A stretch of DNA of 20,000 bases from an uncultured virus (IMG/VR IMGVR_UViG_3300025133_000034) (lineage: Duplodnaviria; Heunggongvirae; Uroviricota; Caudoviricetes), in the IMG/VR virus record IMGVR_UViG_3300025133_000034. One strand, given 5' to 3'. The translations under genes and the position numbers were made by a program. Position 1 is the stretch's first letter. Each line of letters starts with the position of its first letter. The notes under the pieces were generated by a model. That model searched no databases. It worked only from the letters and a program-made list of their open reading frames with translations, and was not told the DNA's origin. This document shows, one piece after another, positions 8,420-16,968 of the stretch.

Positions 8420-9050
8420 TTTCTATTAACTTCTTACCTAGTTTATAATCGCTTTCGCTCATTATGTGATAATGTGCATTTAAACCTTTTAAAAATGGAA
8501 AAGCACTCACATCAGTATATACAATGTTGATTGTTGGTAGAAAAACTTTTAGCCTATCGACCAAATATCTAGTATCTACTGAGCCATATGCTGCGTACCC
8601 ATTAACATTAACATATACTTTTATATTTTTTAAGTTGTTTTCCCATATGAACTTTAATGCCTCCCATATACTACCTTCTGCGCACTCTCCATCACTTATA
8701 AGGCAATATACATCCTGGTCTTTGTTTGATAAAGCACGACCGACTGCAACTGTTAGTCCCAACCCCAAACTTCCTGTTGAGCAATAAATCTTATCTTCTT
8801 CACACAAGTGTGGATGGCCACCATGTTTTGCGAACAATTCTGCTGCATCTAAATTGCAATATTTTTCTAATACTGCGTATAGTGATAGTGCGCAGTGGCC
8901 ACAAGACAAAATAAATTTATCTTTTTCTAAGTCCATCTCGGAATAGATTTCGTCAATGATTTGCAAACTAGAAAAATATGATCCCAGATGAGAAAGCTTG
9001 TTTTTATAGGCAATTTCTAAAACTCTTTCTTTTAATTTTACATCTGCCAT
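8403..9050 (-). CDS. Transketolase-like subunit, TPP pyrophosphate-binding (N-terminal) domain
   Basis: SHLGS, FILSCGH, GHP, STGSLGLG, SDGECAEGSIWEA...NVN (GDG...N TPP motif variant). ATG at 9050 follows GGAGG. Confidence 0.87.
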   Translation of the reverse strand: MADVKLKERVLEIAYKNKLSHLGSYFSSLQIIDEIYSEMDLEKDKFILSCGHCALSLYAVLEKYCNLDAAELFAKHGGHPHLCEEDKIYCSTGSLGLGLTVAVGRALSNKDQDVYCLISDGECAEGSIWEALKFIWENNLKNIKVYVNVNGYAAYGSVDTRYLVDRLKVFLPTINIVYTDVSAFPFLKGLNAHYHIMSESDYKLGKKLIENEKTL

Positions 9051-9772
9051 TTCTTCCTCCAATAATCTTGTATCATCTGATCATAGTTTTTCCCTTCTCT
9101 ATGCACATTCCAAGTTGCTTGCTCGGGATGCCATCTATAGTTATAGCCTGTAAATTTATGGGCTGGCCAAATAAATATATCTTTATCAGCTAGTTGGCAA
9201 TACAGATCATAGTCTGCGGCGCCACCATAAACTTCTGGCTTAGTAGTCAGCATATTTTGCTCAAAGAGCTTTCTACTATAAACAACAGTTGGGCTATTAA
9301 CAGGGCATTTCATTAATAGTAAGTTTTTTAATTCATCCAGTGTTTTGTAACTATGACCCAAATGTCCAACTGAGTTTCCATCTGCTTGGACATTATTAAT
9401 AGGGCTTTGTAAAGCTAGTATCCTATCTCTTGCTGCGTTGATGTACTTCATACAATTAGTAATATAATTTTCATTATAATAGTCGTCAGATGCTAGCGTA
9501 AAAAAATATTCGCCCTTTGCTAGCTTGAAACCCTTAAAGCGAGCTTCGTCCCAACAGTTTGGATATATATTTTTTTCTTTTTCTACTCTTAGTTTGTCAG
9601 GGTGCTTTTGTCTTATTTCTTCTAGTCTATCTACAGTGTTATCAGCGCTTTCATTATCAATTGCTATGACTTCAAAATCACTGTAATCCTGACTAATAGC
9701 CGACATCACACATTGTTCTATCCAAGCTTCTGCATTGTAACATGGTATTATAATAGATATTTTTGGCTTTAC
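9038..9772 (-). CDS. Glycosyltransferase family 2; start codon non-canonical or mutated
   Basis: The frame extends upstream of the ORF-track start (9709) to VKPKISIIIPCYNAEAWIEQCVMSAISQ, a classic GT2 N-terminus. Also IDNESADNT, LASDD, ADYDL and YRWH. Confidence 0.85.
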   Translation of the reverse strand, partial: VKPKISIIIPCYNAEAWIEQCVMSAISQDYSDFEVIAIDNESADNTVDRLEEIRQKHPDKLRVEKEKNIYPNCWDEARFKGFKLAKGEYFFTLASDDYYNENYITNCMKYINAARDRILALQSPINNVQADGNSVGHLGHSYKTLDELKNLLLMKCPVNSPTVVYSRKLFEQNMLTTKPEVYGGAADYDLYCQLADKDIFIWPAHKFTGYNYRWHPEQATWNVHREGKNYDQMIQDYWRKKWQM

Positions 9773-10665
9773 AGTTGTAATAATGATTTAACCCTATTAA
9801 TGTACGTATGGTTTTTCAGTATATCAAGCCTATTTTGCTCTTTTATAGCTTTAAGCTCTTCACGGTTTTTTGCTAAAAGAGTTAAAACAGTATGCTTCAT
9901 CTCCAAAGGAGATGAAACAGTTTGTACTTCAGGAAGTAAATTTGTTACCTCTTCCACCTTATCTGTCAGCAGTAAGCCGGTGAGCCCTAGAGACTTGAAT
10001 GTTCGTTCATTGGTATCAAGGCCTAGGACTCTCTGATATGCGTCATGAATATTGAGTGCCACTTTACTATTTGATAAAATTTTATTTTCTTGTTCATGAG
10101 ATATGTTCTTGTTAATAAAGATACCACACTTTATCTTAGTATCTTTGAATTCTTTAAAATAGTCAAGCATTATTTTTCTTTTCTCATTAAAGCCATTATC
10201 GGCCCACCCCCCAATAAAACAAATATCAAATTTATATTTTTTATCTTCTATTGGTTTATAGTTAATTGAATCGAAAGCCAGAGGAATATATTTTACGTTT
10301 CTCCATTTAAAATGAAAATCAGTTACTCTTCCAAAACACCACTGGTGAACGTTCTCACTGTTATTTAACTTCTCTATAATTGTGTCCGGACACAAAGAAA
10401 TAAAATTTGGATGCGCTCCCCATGGCATCGGGAAACGATTAGGCTGGACGTAAACAAAACTCTTTCTTGAATTCTCTATAGCTTCATAATTTGACTCTCT
10501 TATGTTCGAGTCTAAGGCCATTACATAGTAGTCTCCATGTGCTTCTATTTCTTCTAAATTATCATAAAAAATTGTGTTATAACCTAAAGATTTCCAGGCA
10601 GAAGAATAGCCATTATATATCCATTTCCCGGCGCCACTATTATGTCTCTTAATGTATACTTTCAC
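9769..10665 (-). CDS. CgeB-like / GT-B glycosyltransferase
   Basis: DICFIGG, SKVALNIH, NERTF, LLLTD and C-terminal NHTYINRV. GTG start overlaps the upstream TGA. Confidence 0.72.
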   Translation of the reverse strand: MKVYIKRHNSGAGKWIYNGYSSAWKSLGYNTIFYDNLEEIEAHGDYYVMALDSNIRESNYEAIENSRKSFVYVQPNRFPMPWGAHPNFISLCPDTIIEKLNNSENVHQWCFGRVTDFHFKWRNVKYIPLAFDSINYKPIEDKKYKFDICFIGGWADNGFNEKRKIMLDYFKEFKDTKIKCGIFINKNISHEQENKILSNSKVALNIHDAYQRVLGLDTNERTFKSLGLTGLLLTDKVEEVTNLLPEVQTVSSPLEMKHTVLTLLAKNREELKAIKEQNRLDILKNHTYINRVKSLLQL

Positions 10666-11579
10666 AATGATGTTATACTCTCTAAGATGCTTGCAAGCCT
10701 TACTTTAGAGTCGTGATCTTTTATAAACCTTCTGTAGCCATTCTGAGTTATTTTTTCTATTAATTTAGGCTTCTTAAGCAGAAAATTCACTTTTTTGAGC
10801 ATTTCATCCGCTGTCTTGAAGGTTATTATTTCTTTGTCTATTTCAAAGTGGTTCTCAATTCCAGGAGCATATTCTGTAAATAAAAGCGCATTAGCCGCTG
10901 GTATTTCTACCATACGCCCCTTCATCTGCAACACCGGTGGTCTAGCGTTATAATTCTTACTAAAGTTTATCCCTAATTTAGACTCAGATATTAAGCTTAA
11001 CATCTCTTCGCGGGGGATACCATGAAAATTTTTGATATCAACGTTGTTGTTCTTTAAATAATCTATATAATACTTTCGATCGTAATTCATCATGCCACAA
11101 AAAGAGATATCAAGCTTTTTAGTATTTTTTTTCGGATATAAGTCTGCATTTGTATGCCAAAAACCTAAAAGTATATTATTATAGCCTATTTCTTTAAATT
11201 TTTCAATGTAATGAACTTCGGGAGTGGAACACACATGAAAAAGGCTGCAAACACGACTTGAAAAAGTTTCAAAGCGCCATGCATCATCGCAAAACCAATT
11301 AAATGTTTTACAATTTCCTTTTTCAGTTTGTTTTATTATTCCCTCCCATGGCTCATGAGGTGTGAGGCTAGGATCGCCTGTCATACAACAATAAATTAAG
11401 TCTGGCTTGAAGTTGTCTACTATTTTATCAAAGTCTCTTTCTTCAGGATCAACAGTATCGTAAAAGTATACGTTATGTCCTAATTCTTTTAATGGTACAT
11501 ATAGATTTCCATAAGCACCATCATCCCACTTCTTTTCTCCATTTTGAAGAGTCTTGTTAACAACTAAGAGTATATTCAT
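10662..11579 (-). CDS. CgeB-like / GT-B glycosyltransferase
   Basis: WFCDDAWR, DISFCG, SKLGINF, KGRMVEIPAANALLFTE, FEIDKEIITF, GYRRFIKDH..KVR. Confidence 0.78.
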   Translation of the reverse strand: MNILLVVNKTLQNGEKKWDDGAYGNLYVPLKELGHNVYFYDTVDPEERDFDKIVDNFKPDLIYCCMTGDPSLTPHEPWEGIIKQTEKGNCKTFNWFCDDAWRFETFSSRVCSLFHVCSTPEVHYIEKFKEIGYNNILLGFWHTNADLYPKKNTKKLDISFCGMMNYDRKYYIDYLKNNNVDIKNFHGIPREEMLSLISESKLGINFSKNYNARPPVLQMKGRMVEIPAANALLFTEYAPGIENHFEIDKEIITFKTADEMLKKVNFLLKKPKLIEKITQNGYRRFIKDHDSKVRLASILESITSL

Positions 11580-12418
11580 TCGTATACTCTTTCTATTAAG
11601 TCTGTTATTTCTTTATGCTTTTCTCTCATTTTATTAATAAGAGGTCGACCCTTTAATTTATACCACGACTCCTTGGTGGCGCCGACTAAATTATTTGTTA
11701 TAACAGCCGTATTCATCATCCGGGCTTCGACGACCACTCTTGATAGGGTCTCCGGAGTGTCAGGGAGAAAAATTAAATTTTTATTTTTTGACAACAAAAA
11801 TAGAAAATCATGATAATTTTGTGATGATATAAGCTCATAATCTAAGTCTTTGTACTCACAATATTTTATAGATTTTACTGTTCCTTTGTGAGGAATTTTA
11901 GAATTAATAATACTATATTTGTTTTGCTTATCTCTCTTAGAAAACTTTTCCATTAAATCTAAGGAATTGTTACTCCATAGATTTCCTCCTGTAGAAACAA
12001 TATTCTCTAAATTTAAATTTTTCCTTACAATATTAGCGTGGAAACTAGTCTGACAAAAAACACTTCTAGCATTTTTATAAAAATTTAAATTGATAATTGC
12101 TTCTTCTGGAGCTTTGAAGTCTTCATAATCTGCAGGGTTTCTTGATGAGAGATATTTATGATCATGTTCATAAATAACATATTTGTAGCTTTCAAGGGCA
12201 ACCCTGCAGTCTTCTGACAAATTTATGAAATTTGCTATTATAAAACAGCTATTTTTGTTTTGTCTGAATAAATTTGAAGTTACTTTGTGAGATCTATACT
12301 TTAAAACATCATGTCCTCTCTTTTTAAGAAGATTGATTAATATCTCATTATGTATTTCACCGCCGCCTAGAATATCCTCTAGAAAAAAATCTGCTATAAA
12401 AATTATTTTCATTATCAA
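11576..12418 (-). CDS. Putative GT4-like glycosyltransferase
   Basis: GGGE N-terminal loop, YEHD, KG, and ETLSRVVVEARMMN (E-x7-E motif). Confidence 0.7.
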   Translation of the reverse strand: MIMKIIFIADFFLEDILGGGEIHNEILINLLKKRGHDVLKYRSHKVTSNLFRQNKNSCFIIANFINLSEDCRVALESYKYVIYEHDHKYLSSRNPADYEDFKAPEEAIINLNFYKNARSVFCQTSFHANIVRKNLNLENIVSTGGNLWSNNSLDLMEKFSKRDKQNKYSIINSKIPHKGTVKSIKYCEYKDLDYELISSQNYHDFLFLLSKNKNLIFLPDTPETLSRVVVEARMMNTAVITNNLVGATKESWYKLKGRPLINKMREKHKEITDLIERVYE

Positions 12419-13689
12419 TCATGTGTTTCAATTTGCTCGTCTATCTCTTCAAGCCAGCTTTCTACATCGAACTCTTCTTCGGTACCAAGATCTAATTTTT
12501 CTAAAATTTTATTCAATTGTTTTTCTTCATTAAATTCTTCACAAACCCATTTTTGAAGTTCTTTTGAGCGTTTCTTAAATCTACCATGATCTTTATAAAC
12601 GTCTTCTAACGCCATTTTTACTGAGCCTTCCTCTGGGTAAGCCCACATTGAGTCAGATTGTATTACGCCATCCCATACAGACTCCTTTTCTACATGCTTA
12701 AGAGTATAACTTAATTTAGAAAACATATGTTTAAATTTTTCTTTGCCATTCTTGTGTTTTGTACTTTTATAAAGAAAATCTAAATGTCCTGACCAATCAG
12801 TAGCAATTATTGGCAAGCCATAATATGCTGCCTCAAACATTGGAAGGCCAAAACCCTCGCCATGTGTGGTGCTGACAAGGGCTTTAATTTTTGGATGTGT
12901 GTATAAGCCGGCCATTTCTTGATCAGTAAGATAACCATGTAATAAATATAGTTTGCACTTGCGATCTGGATATTGTGATATTACGCTCTTAAAGCGCGCC
13001 ATTGTATGATTGCGATCGAGTAATGAATTTTTTGCCATATTTGCTTTCAGAATCAATCCAACATTCTCGTTATCTTTAAACGTCTCTATAAAACACTTTA
13101 TAGCTTGAAGTGCGTTTTTTCTTGGAGATATCTGTGCCACAGATAAGAAATTGAATTCTGTTTTTAAACTTAAGTCTAATTTTACGGGATCAAATTTTCT
13201 AACCGGATAAGACACATAGTCAACTGGAGTCTGGGTTTTGTAGACCCCTTCTTCGCCTGTTTGTTCATTTTTATATTTGTACTCAGTTTCTTCGAAAGTA
13301 CTTTTAGAATGCTTACTAATTGTAACAATTTTATCCATTAGAAAAGATTTCTCGATCCACTGAGGAGATACCTTTGTGGTCTCGATACCGGCAGTTATCC
13401 CAATATTAATAGGCGCTATTTTCTCCCATTCATTGGGGATAGTCACCTGCAGGGAGACGTCAAACGCACCACCAGAGTTAACATACCCTATGGTCTTTTG
13501 CAGAGCTTCGTCAATCCATCTTCTTTCTTCATCGTCCTCCCAAAGCCAGCTGGTTGCTCCCCAAACAATGGGCTGTATATAAACATCATACAAATCTGGT
13601 TTAGTCCTTAGGGCACGCAAGATAGTTCTCGCATGATGACCATATCCAGATTGAGTTAAAATTGGTCCCTTTAATAATACTTTTTTCAT
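12415..13689 (-). CDS. Glycosyltransferase family 4
   Basis: SGYGHHAR, PRKN, EGFGLPMFEAAYYGLPIIATDWSG. ATG at 13689 follows GAGG. Confidence 0.88.
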   Translation of the reverse strand: MKKVLLKGPILTQSGYGHHARTILRALRTKPDLYDVYIQPIVWGATSWLWEDDEERRWIDEALQKTIGYVNSGGAFDVSLQVTIPNEWEKIAPINIGITAGIETTKVSPQWIEKSFLMDKIVTISKHSKSTFEETEYKYKNEQTGEEGVYKTQTPVDYVSYPVRKFDPVKLDLSLKTEFNFLSVAQISPRKNALQAIKCFIETFKDNENVGLILKANMAKNSLLDRNHTMARFKSVISQYPDRKCKLYLLHGYLTDQEMAGLYTHPKIKALVSTTHGEGFGLPMFEAAYYGLPIIATDWSGHLDFLYKSTKHKNGKEKFKHMFSKLSYTLKHVEKESVWDGVIQSDSMWAYPEEGSVKMALEDVYKDHGRFKKRSKELQKWVCEEFNEEKQLNKILEKLDLGTEEEFDVESWLEEIDEQIETHD

Positions 13690-13691
13690 CC

Positions 13692-14945
13692 TCAAACCTC
13701 GTTTAAGTGCCATTTTTTATAGCCGCTTCTAGTTTCCCAAGAGCCACATTTATTATATATTTCAGTTAATAGTTCTTCCCAACGAGAGGTATACGCCTCA
13801 TAATTATATTTTTTATTAACATATTCGTTGCCCATAGACCCCATCTTGTCGCGTTCTTCCGGTGTCATATTATAAATTTTTTCTAATGCATTAATGAAAT
13901 CTTCTTTGTTGATTCTGTCTTCATATATGTATGGTATATCCTGTGAACCTATAACAGCTTTAGAAACCGGCTCTATGCCAATACCAAACCAATTTTCTCC
14001 ATCAGTAACTTGTTCCTGTAGACCACCTGTCATATTAACAATAATCGGAGTTCCACATGATAAAGACTCTAAAGTAGATAAACCAAACCCTTCCGCATCA
14101 GAAATGTTAACAGTAACGTCTGCAACATTGTACATTGCAGCTAAATCTGGAAAATCAACTTTTTGTGTTGAGAATTGTACTTCGCCATTTGTCAGCCCCA
14201 GATCTTCTACTATAGCTATTAAATTTGGGCCATTGGGGTCTTTTGGATCTGTATGCATAATTAATCTAGCATTTTTTTGGTCTACCCTATCTAAGAACTC
14301 TTTAAACCAGTGAATTAATGTACCAGATTGCTTTCTTCTGGCATTACGATTATTCCAGAATACAACAAATTTCTCTTCTGGTATTTTCATTTTTTCACGT
14401 AAAGCTTTTTTATCTTCTTCACTCAAAGGCTTAAAATTTTCTGGCCTAACAGCATGTGGCAAGTAGTGACTTTCCACCTCCGGAGAGACAGTGTTAACTA
14501 TATCATGTGTAACTTTTGATATACATACTACAGCATCGTTAGAATCATACCACACTTTGTTAAATTTTGGATATGGATAATTATCCCAAACATGATAATA
14601 AACCATTGGCATCAATGATCTAATTTCATCTTCAATTTCCCATAGCCACGGGAAGAATCTGGGATCTGTCATAAACCAAAGCATATCTGGTTTTTCAGTG
14701 CGTATAATCGATCTTACAGATTCCTGACTTCCGTATCCATCAACAGGATAAACAACTAGATTTTCTCCCCACTTGTCTGTTTTTTGTGGGGCATAATCAG
14801 TATGCTTTATCGCTCCACCAAAACACAAAAAACTAAACTTCTCTGTCTCTAAGAGTGCTTCAATCATATAACGTGTTTGTGTACCTACGCCGGATGGTGA
14901 GTAAGGATGGTCAGCTATAACAAAAACCTTAATTCTTTCTTTCAT
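13692..14945 (-). CDS. Glycosyltransferase family 4
   Basis: SGVG, NRNARRK, MYNVADV, EGFGLSTLESLSCGTPII..TGGL. Confidence 0.88.
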   Translation of the reverse strand: MKERIKVFVIADHPYSPSGVGTQTRYMIEALLETEKFSFLCFGGAIKHTDYAPQKTDKWGENLVVYPVDGYGSQESVRSIIRTEKPDMLWFMTDPRFFPWLWEIEDEIRSLMPMVYYHVWDNYPYPKFNKVWYDSNDAVVCISKVTHDIVNTVSPEVESHYLPHAVRPENFKPLSEEDKKALREKMKIPEEKFVVFWNNRNARRKQSGTLIHWFKEFLDRVDQKNARLIMHTDPKDPNGPNLIAIVEDLGLTNGEVQFSTQKVDFPDLAAMYNVADVTVNISDAEGFGLSTLESLSCGTPIIVNMTGGLQEQVTDGENWFGIGIEPVSKAVIGSQDIPYIYEDRINKEDFINALEKIYNMTPEERDKMGSMGNEYVNKKYNYEAYTSRWEELLTEIYNKCGSWETRSGYKKWHLNEV

Positions 14946-14948
14946 TTT

Positions 14949-15725
14949 TTACCTACAATGTTTTGTTTTATAAAATTCGCAACCAAAGCCCGAGGTACAT
15001 GATAAACGATTTTTTATGTACTTGTTATTTTCAATATTATAAATCGATTTTTTAAGTAAGTTAAGAGAATTCTCAGTTTTTTTCACACCGCTAGTTACGC
15101 GAAATATTTCTACGTTGTTGGTTTTTGCCGTACGTTTTAAAAGTGCAAAATGAGTTTCTATATTTTTTGGATCTATGCTGTGCTTTTTTGCAAAATAATT
15201 TTTATATAACGTTAGCTGATAGCTTGTTATTCTATCAGTTTTTCTCTTTGAGTCCCAGCCCCAAGAACAGGTCTTCCAATCAATAATATGGTATTTTTGA
15301 TCCGGTGTTTTTATCACCAAGTCAATGTAACCTTTGAACTTCAAATCTGTATCTTCAAGATCTTCGTATAGCTCTTCTTCCACAGAAAATACTTCAAAAT
15401 TAGTAAACGTCTTTTTTAAAGACGGCAAGATATGTAAAAGTAGGCCTTCTACCTGTTTTCTCATTTGTAAAATTAAATCTTTTTTAAGATCGACTTTTTT
15501 TTCTGTTAATAATTTCAGTTCTTCTAAGAACTTAGAATTAAATTCTAACAATAGATCTATCTTCTCGTCAAAGACAACTTTCTCGCATACATGATGGACG
15601 GCTGTACCAAAGGCAGTATACTCGTTACCTAAAAATTTTTTTATATTTTCCACATAAACTAATTTATGTTTAAACGGACATTCATTCCAGATTTTCAACT
15701 CTGAAAAAGATATATGTGATCTCAT
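14949..15725 (-). CDS. PD-(D/E)XK nuclease, Cas4/RecB/AddB-like with probable Fe-S cluster
   Basis: ISFSE.....CP, FGTAVH, VEE, GYIDLV, IIDWKT, YQL.LY; C-terminal C-x5-C-x7-C. Confidence 0.85.
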   Translation of the reverse strand: MRSHISFSELKIWNECPFKHKLVYVENIKKFLGNEYTAFGTAVHHVCEKVVFDEKIDLLLEFNSKFLEELKLLTEKKVDLKKDLILQMRKQVEGLLLHILPSLKKTFTNFEVFSVEEELYEDLEDTDLKFKGYIDLVIKTPDQKYHIIDWKTCSWGWDSKRKTDRITSYQLTLYKNYFAKKHSIDPKNIETHFALLKRTAKTNNVEIFRVTSGVKKTENSLNLLKKSIYNIENNKYIKNRLSCTSGFGCEFYKTKHCR

Positions 15726-16033
15726 TTTCTACTTCTAGTTCTCTTTGCTTTTTTTTTCGGCTTGTCCACTTTTTTTGGCACAAGTACAAATTCCCAAACA
15801 CCAGAACATTTATTTTCGAAATCATTGTCTAAACGTGTGTGGTGGATGTTTGTTATAGCTGGGCCTAGCGTGTGGCTAGCTGGAACATTATAGTTTTCTT
15901 TTATTAATCGATCGACATCTTGCCACCTTATTCTCACCCGACGTTCGTTAACTCTTTTTCTCAATGGTAAGCTAATATGTAAGCGCATTACATTGTTCTC
16001 AAAATCATTTTCAAATTTAAAATTCATAATCAT
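15722..16033 (-). CDS. Hypothetical protein with basic C-terminal tail
   Basis: Fills the operon slot with overlaps on both sides; tail KKVDKPKKKAKRTRSRK. Confidence 0.6.
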   Translation of the reverse strand: MIMNFKFENDFENNVMRLHISLPLRKRVNERRVRIRWQDVDRLIKENYNVPASHTLGPAITNIHHTRLDNDFENKCSGVWEFVLVPKKVDKPKKKAKRTRSRK

Positions 16034-16694
16034 TTTCTCCGCTATCTATATCTTCAACTAGAGATATCTTTATATAAATATAGGGACATATTTCTTTTAA
16101 GTAACTACGTTCACCTAAATAATATTCTTCAAACCCTCTAGCAAAATATTCTCTAAGAGAGGTTACAGAATAAGCGCCTAAAAATATTCCTTTTGTTATG
16201 TTGTTTAATTTTTCATATCCAACTTCATCTTTCAAAAAGGAATCTAGGCCTTCATCATGTTCTGTCCGATCGAAAGTATCTTTTTCATAATTTATAAAAC
16301 TATCTATTTTTTTTCTTTTTAATAAAAAATTTTGTTCTATAGTGCCATCTGCATAAATAATCTCACCAAAGTTATCTTCAGCAGCATGAGCGAATTCATG
16401 TATTACATCCTTGATTAAATCATTCTCATCTCCGTTGTTATTACTAACGTATATGGCGCCGTCGGAGTACACAGCATCTATTTCTCTCTCTTTGAACTCA
16501 CTAAAGTCTCCAATATATACAATATCGATAAGATTTAAAATATGATCAGGCAATAACTGATTAATTTTTTCAAAAACTGTTTTATGGTCAACATCATTTA
16601 AAAAACGATCTTTAAAAACTATATCCAATAAACCAATTCGTTGGTTAGGAGTTTTCTTATTCTTCACATAATTTACAAGATCTTTTTTTCTCAT
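16017..16694 (-). CDS. Putative zincin-type metallopeptidase-like protein (HEXXH)
   Basis: VIHEFAH plus downstream Y..TSLREYFARGF, a possible third Zn-ligand Glu helix. Confidence 0.55.
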   Translation of the reverse strand: MRKKDLVNYVKNKKTPNQRIGLLDIVFKDRFLNDVDHKTVFEKINQLLPDHILNLIDIVYIGDFSEFKEREIDAVYSDGAIYVSNNNGDENDLIKDVIHEFAHAAEDNFGEIIYADGTIEQNFLLKRKKIDSFINYEKDTFDRTEHDEGLDSFLKDEVGYEKLNNITKGIFLGAYSVTSLREYFARGFEEYYLGERSYLKEICPYIYIKISLVEDIDSGENDYEF

Positions 16695-16968
16695 TATCTT
16701 CTTCTTTACTTAATTTCATCCCTGTATCAACATCTTCAATCGCTTGTTGGTAGCCTCTGACCCAGTTTTCTTCTGCGATCGCAAGAAGAAATTCTGGAAA
16801 TTCTCTTGCCACCACATCAATGATCATTTCAACCGTCACACTATTATCATCCGGATTGATTTTCTCTCCAGTATATTCTACTAAAAAATTTTTTAAATCA
16901 TTCTCTGGTTCTACTACTTCATGAAGACTGGGATTGTTTTCCAAATCTTTTGCATTTACTATTTCCAT
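16657..16968 (-). CDS. Hypothetical protein
   Basis: 103-aa acidic ORF whose start overlaps the phoH stop by 1 nt. Confidence 0.7.
   Translation of the reverse strand: MEIVNAKDLENNPSLHEVVEPENDLKNFLVEYTGEKINPDDNSVTVEMIIDVVAREFPEFLLAIAEENWVRGYQQAIEDVDTGMKLSKEEDNEKKRSCKLCEE

Noticed and set aside
1208..14945. Ordinary bacterial O-antigen or capsule cluster
   Set aside because: No flippase, polymerase, chain-length or initiating transferase genes, and the flanks are phage-like. Disfavoured but not excluded without the rest of the contig.
14949..15725. CRISPR-Cas locus suggested by the Cas4-like gene
   Set aside because: No repeat-spacer array and no other cas genes are visible in the window.
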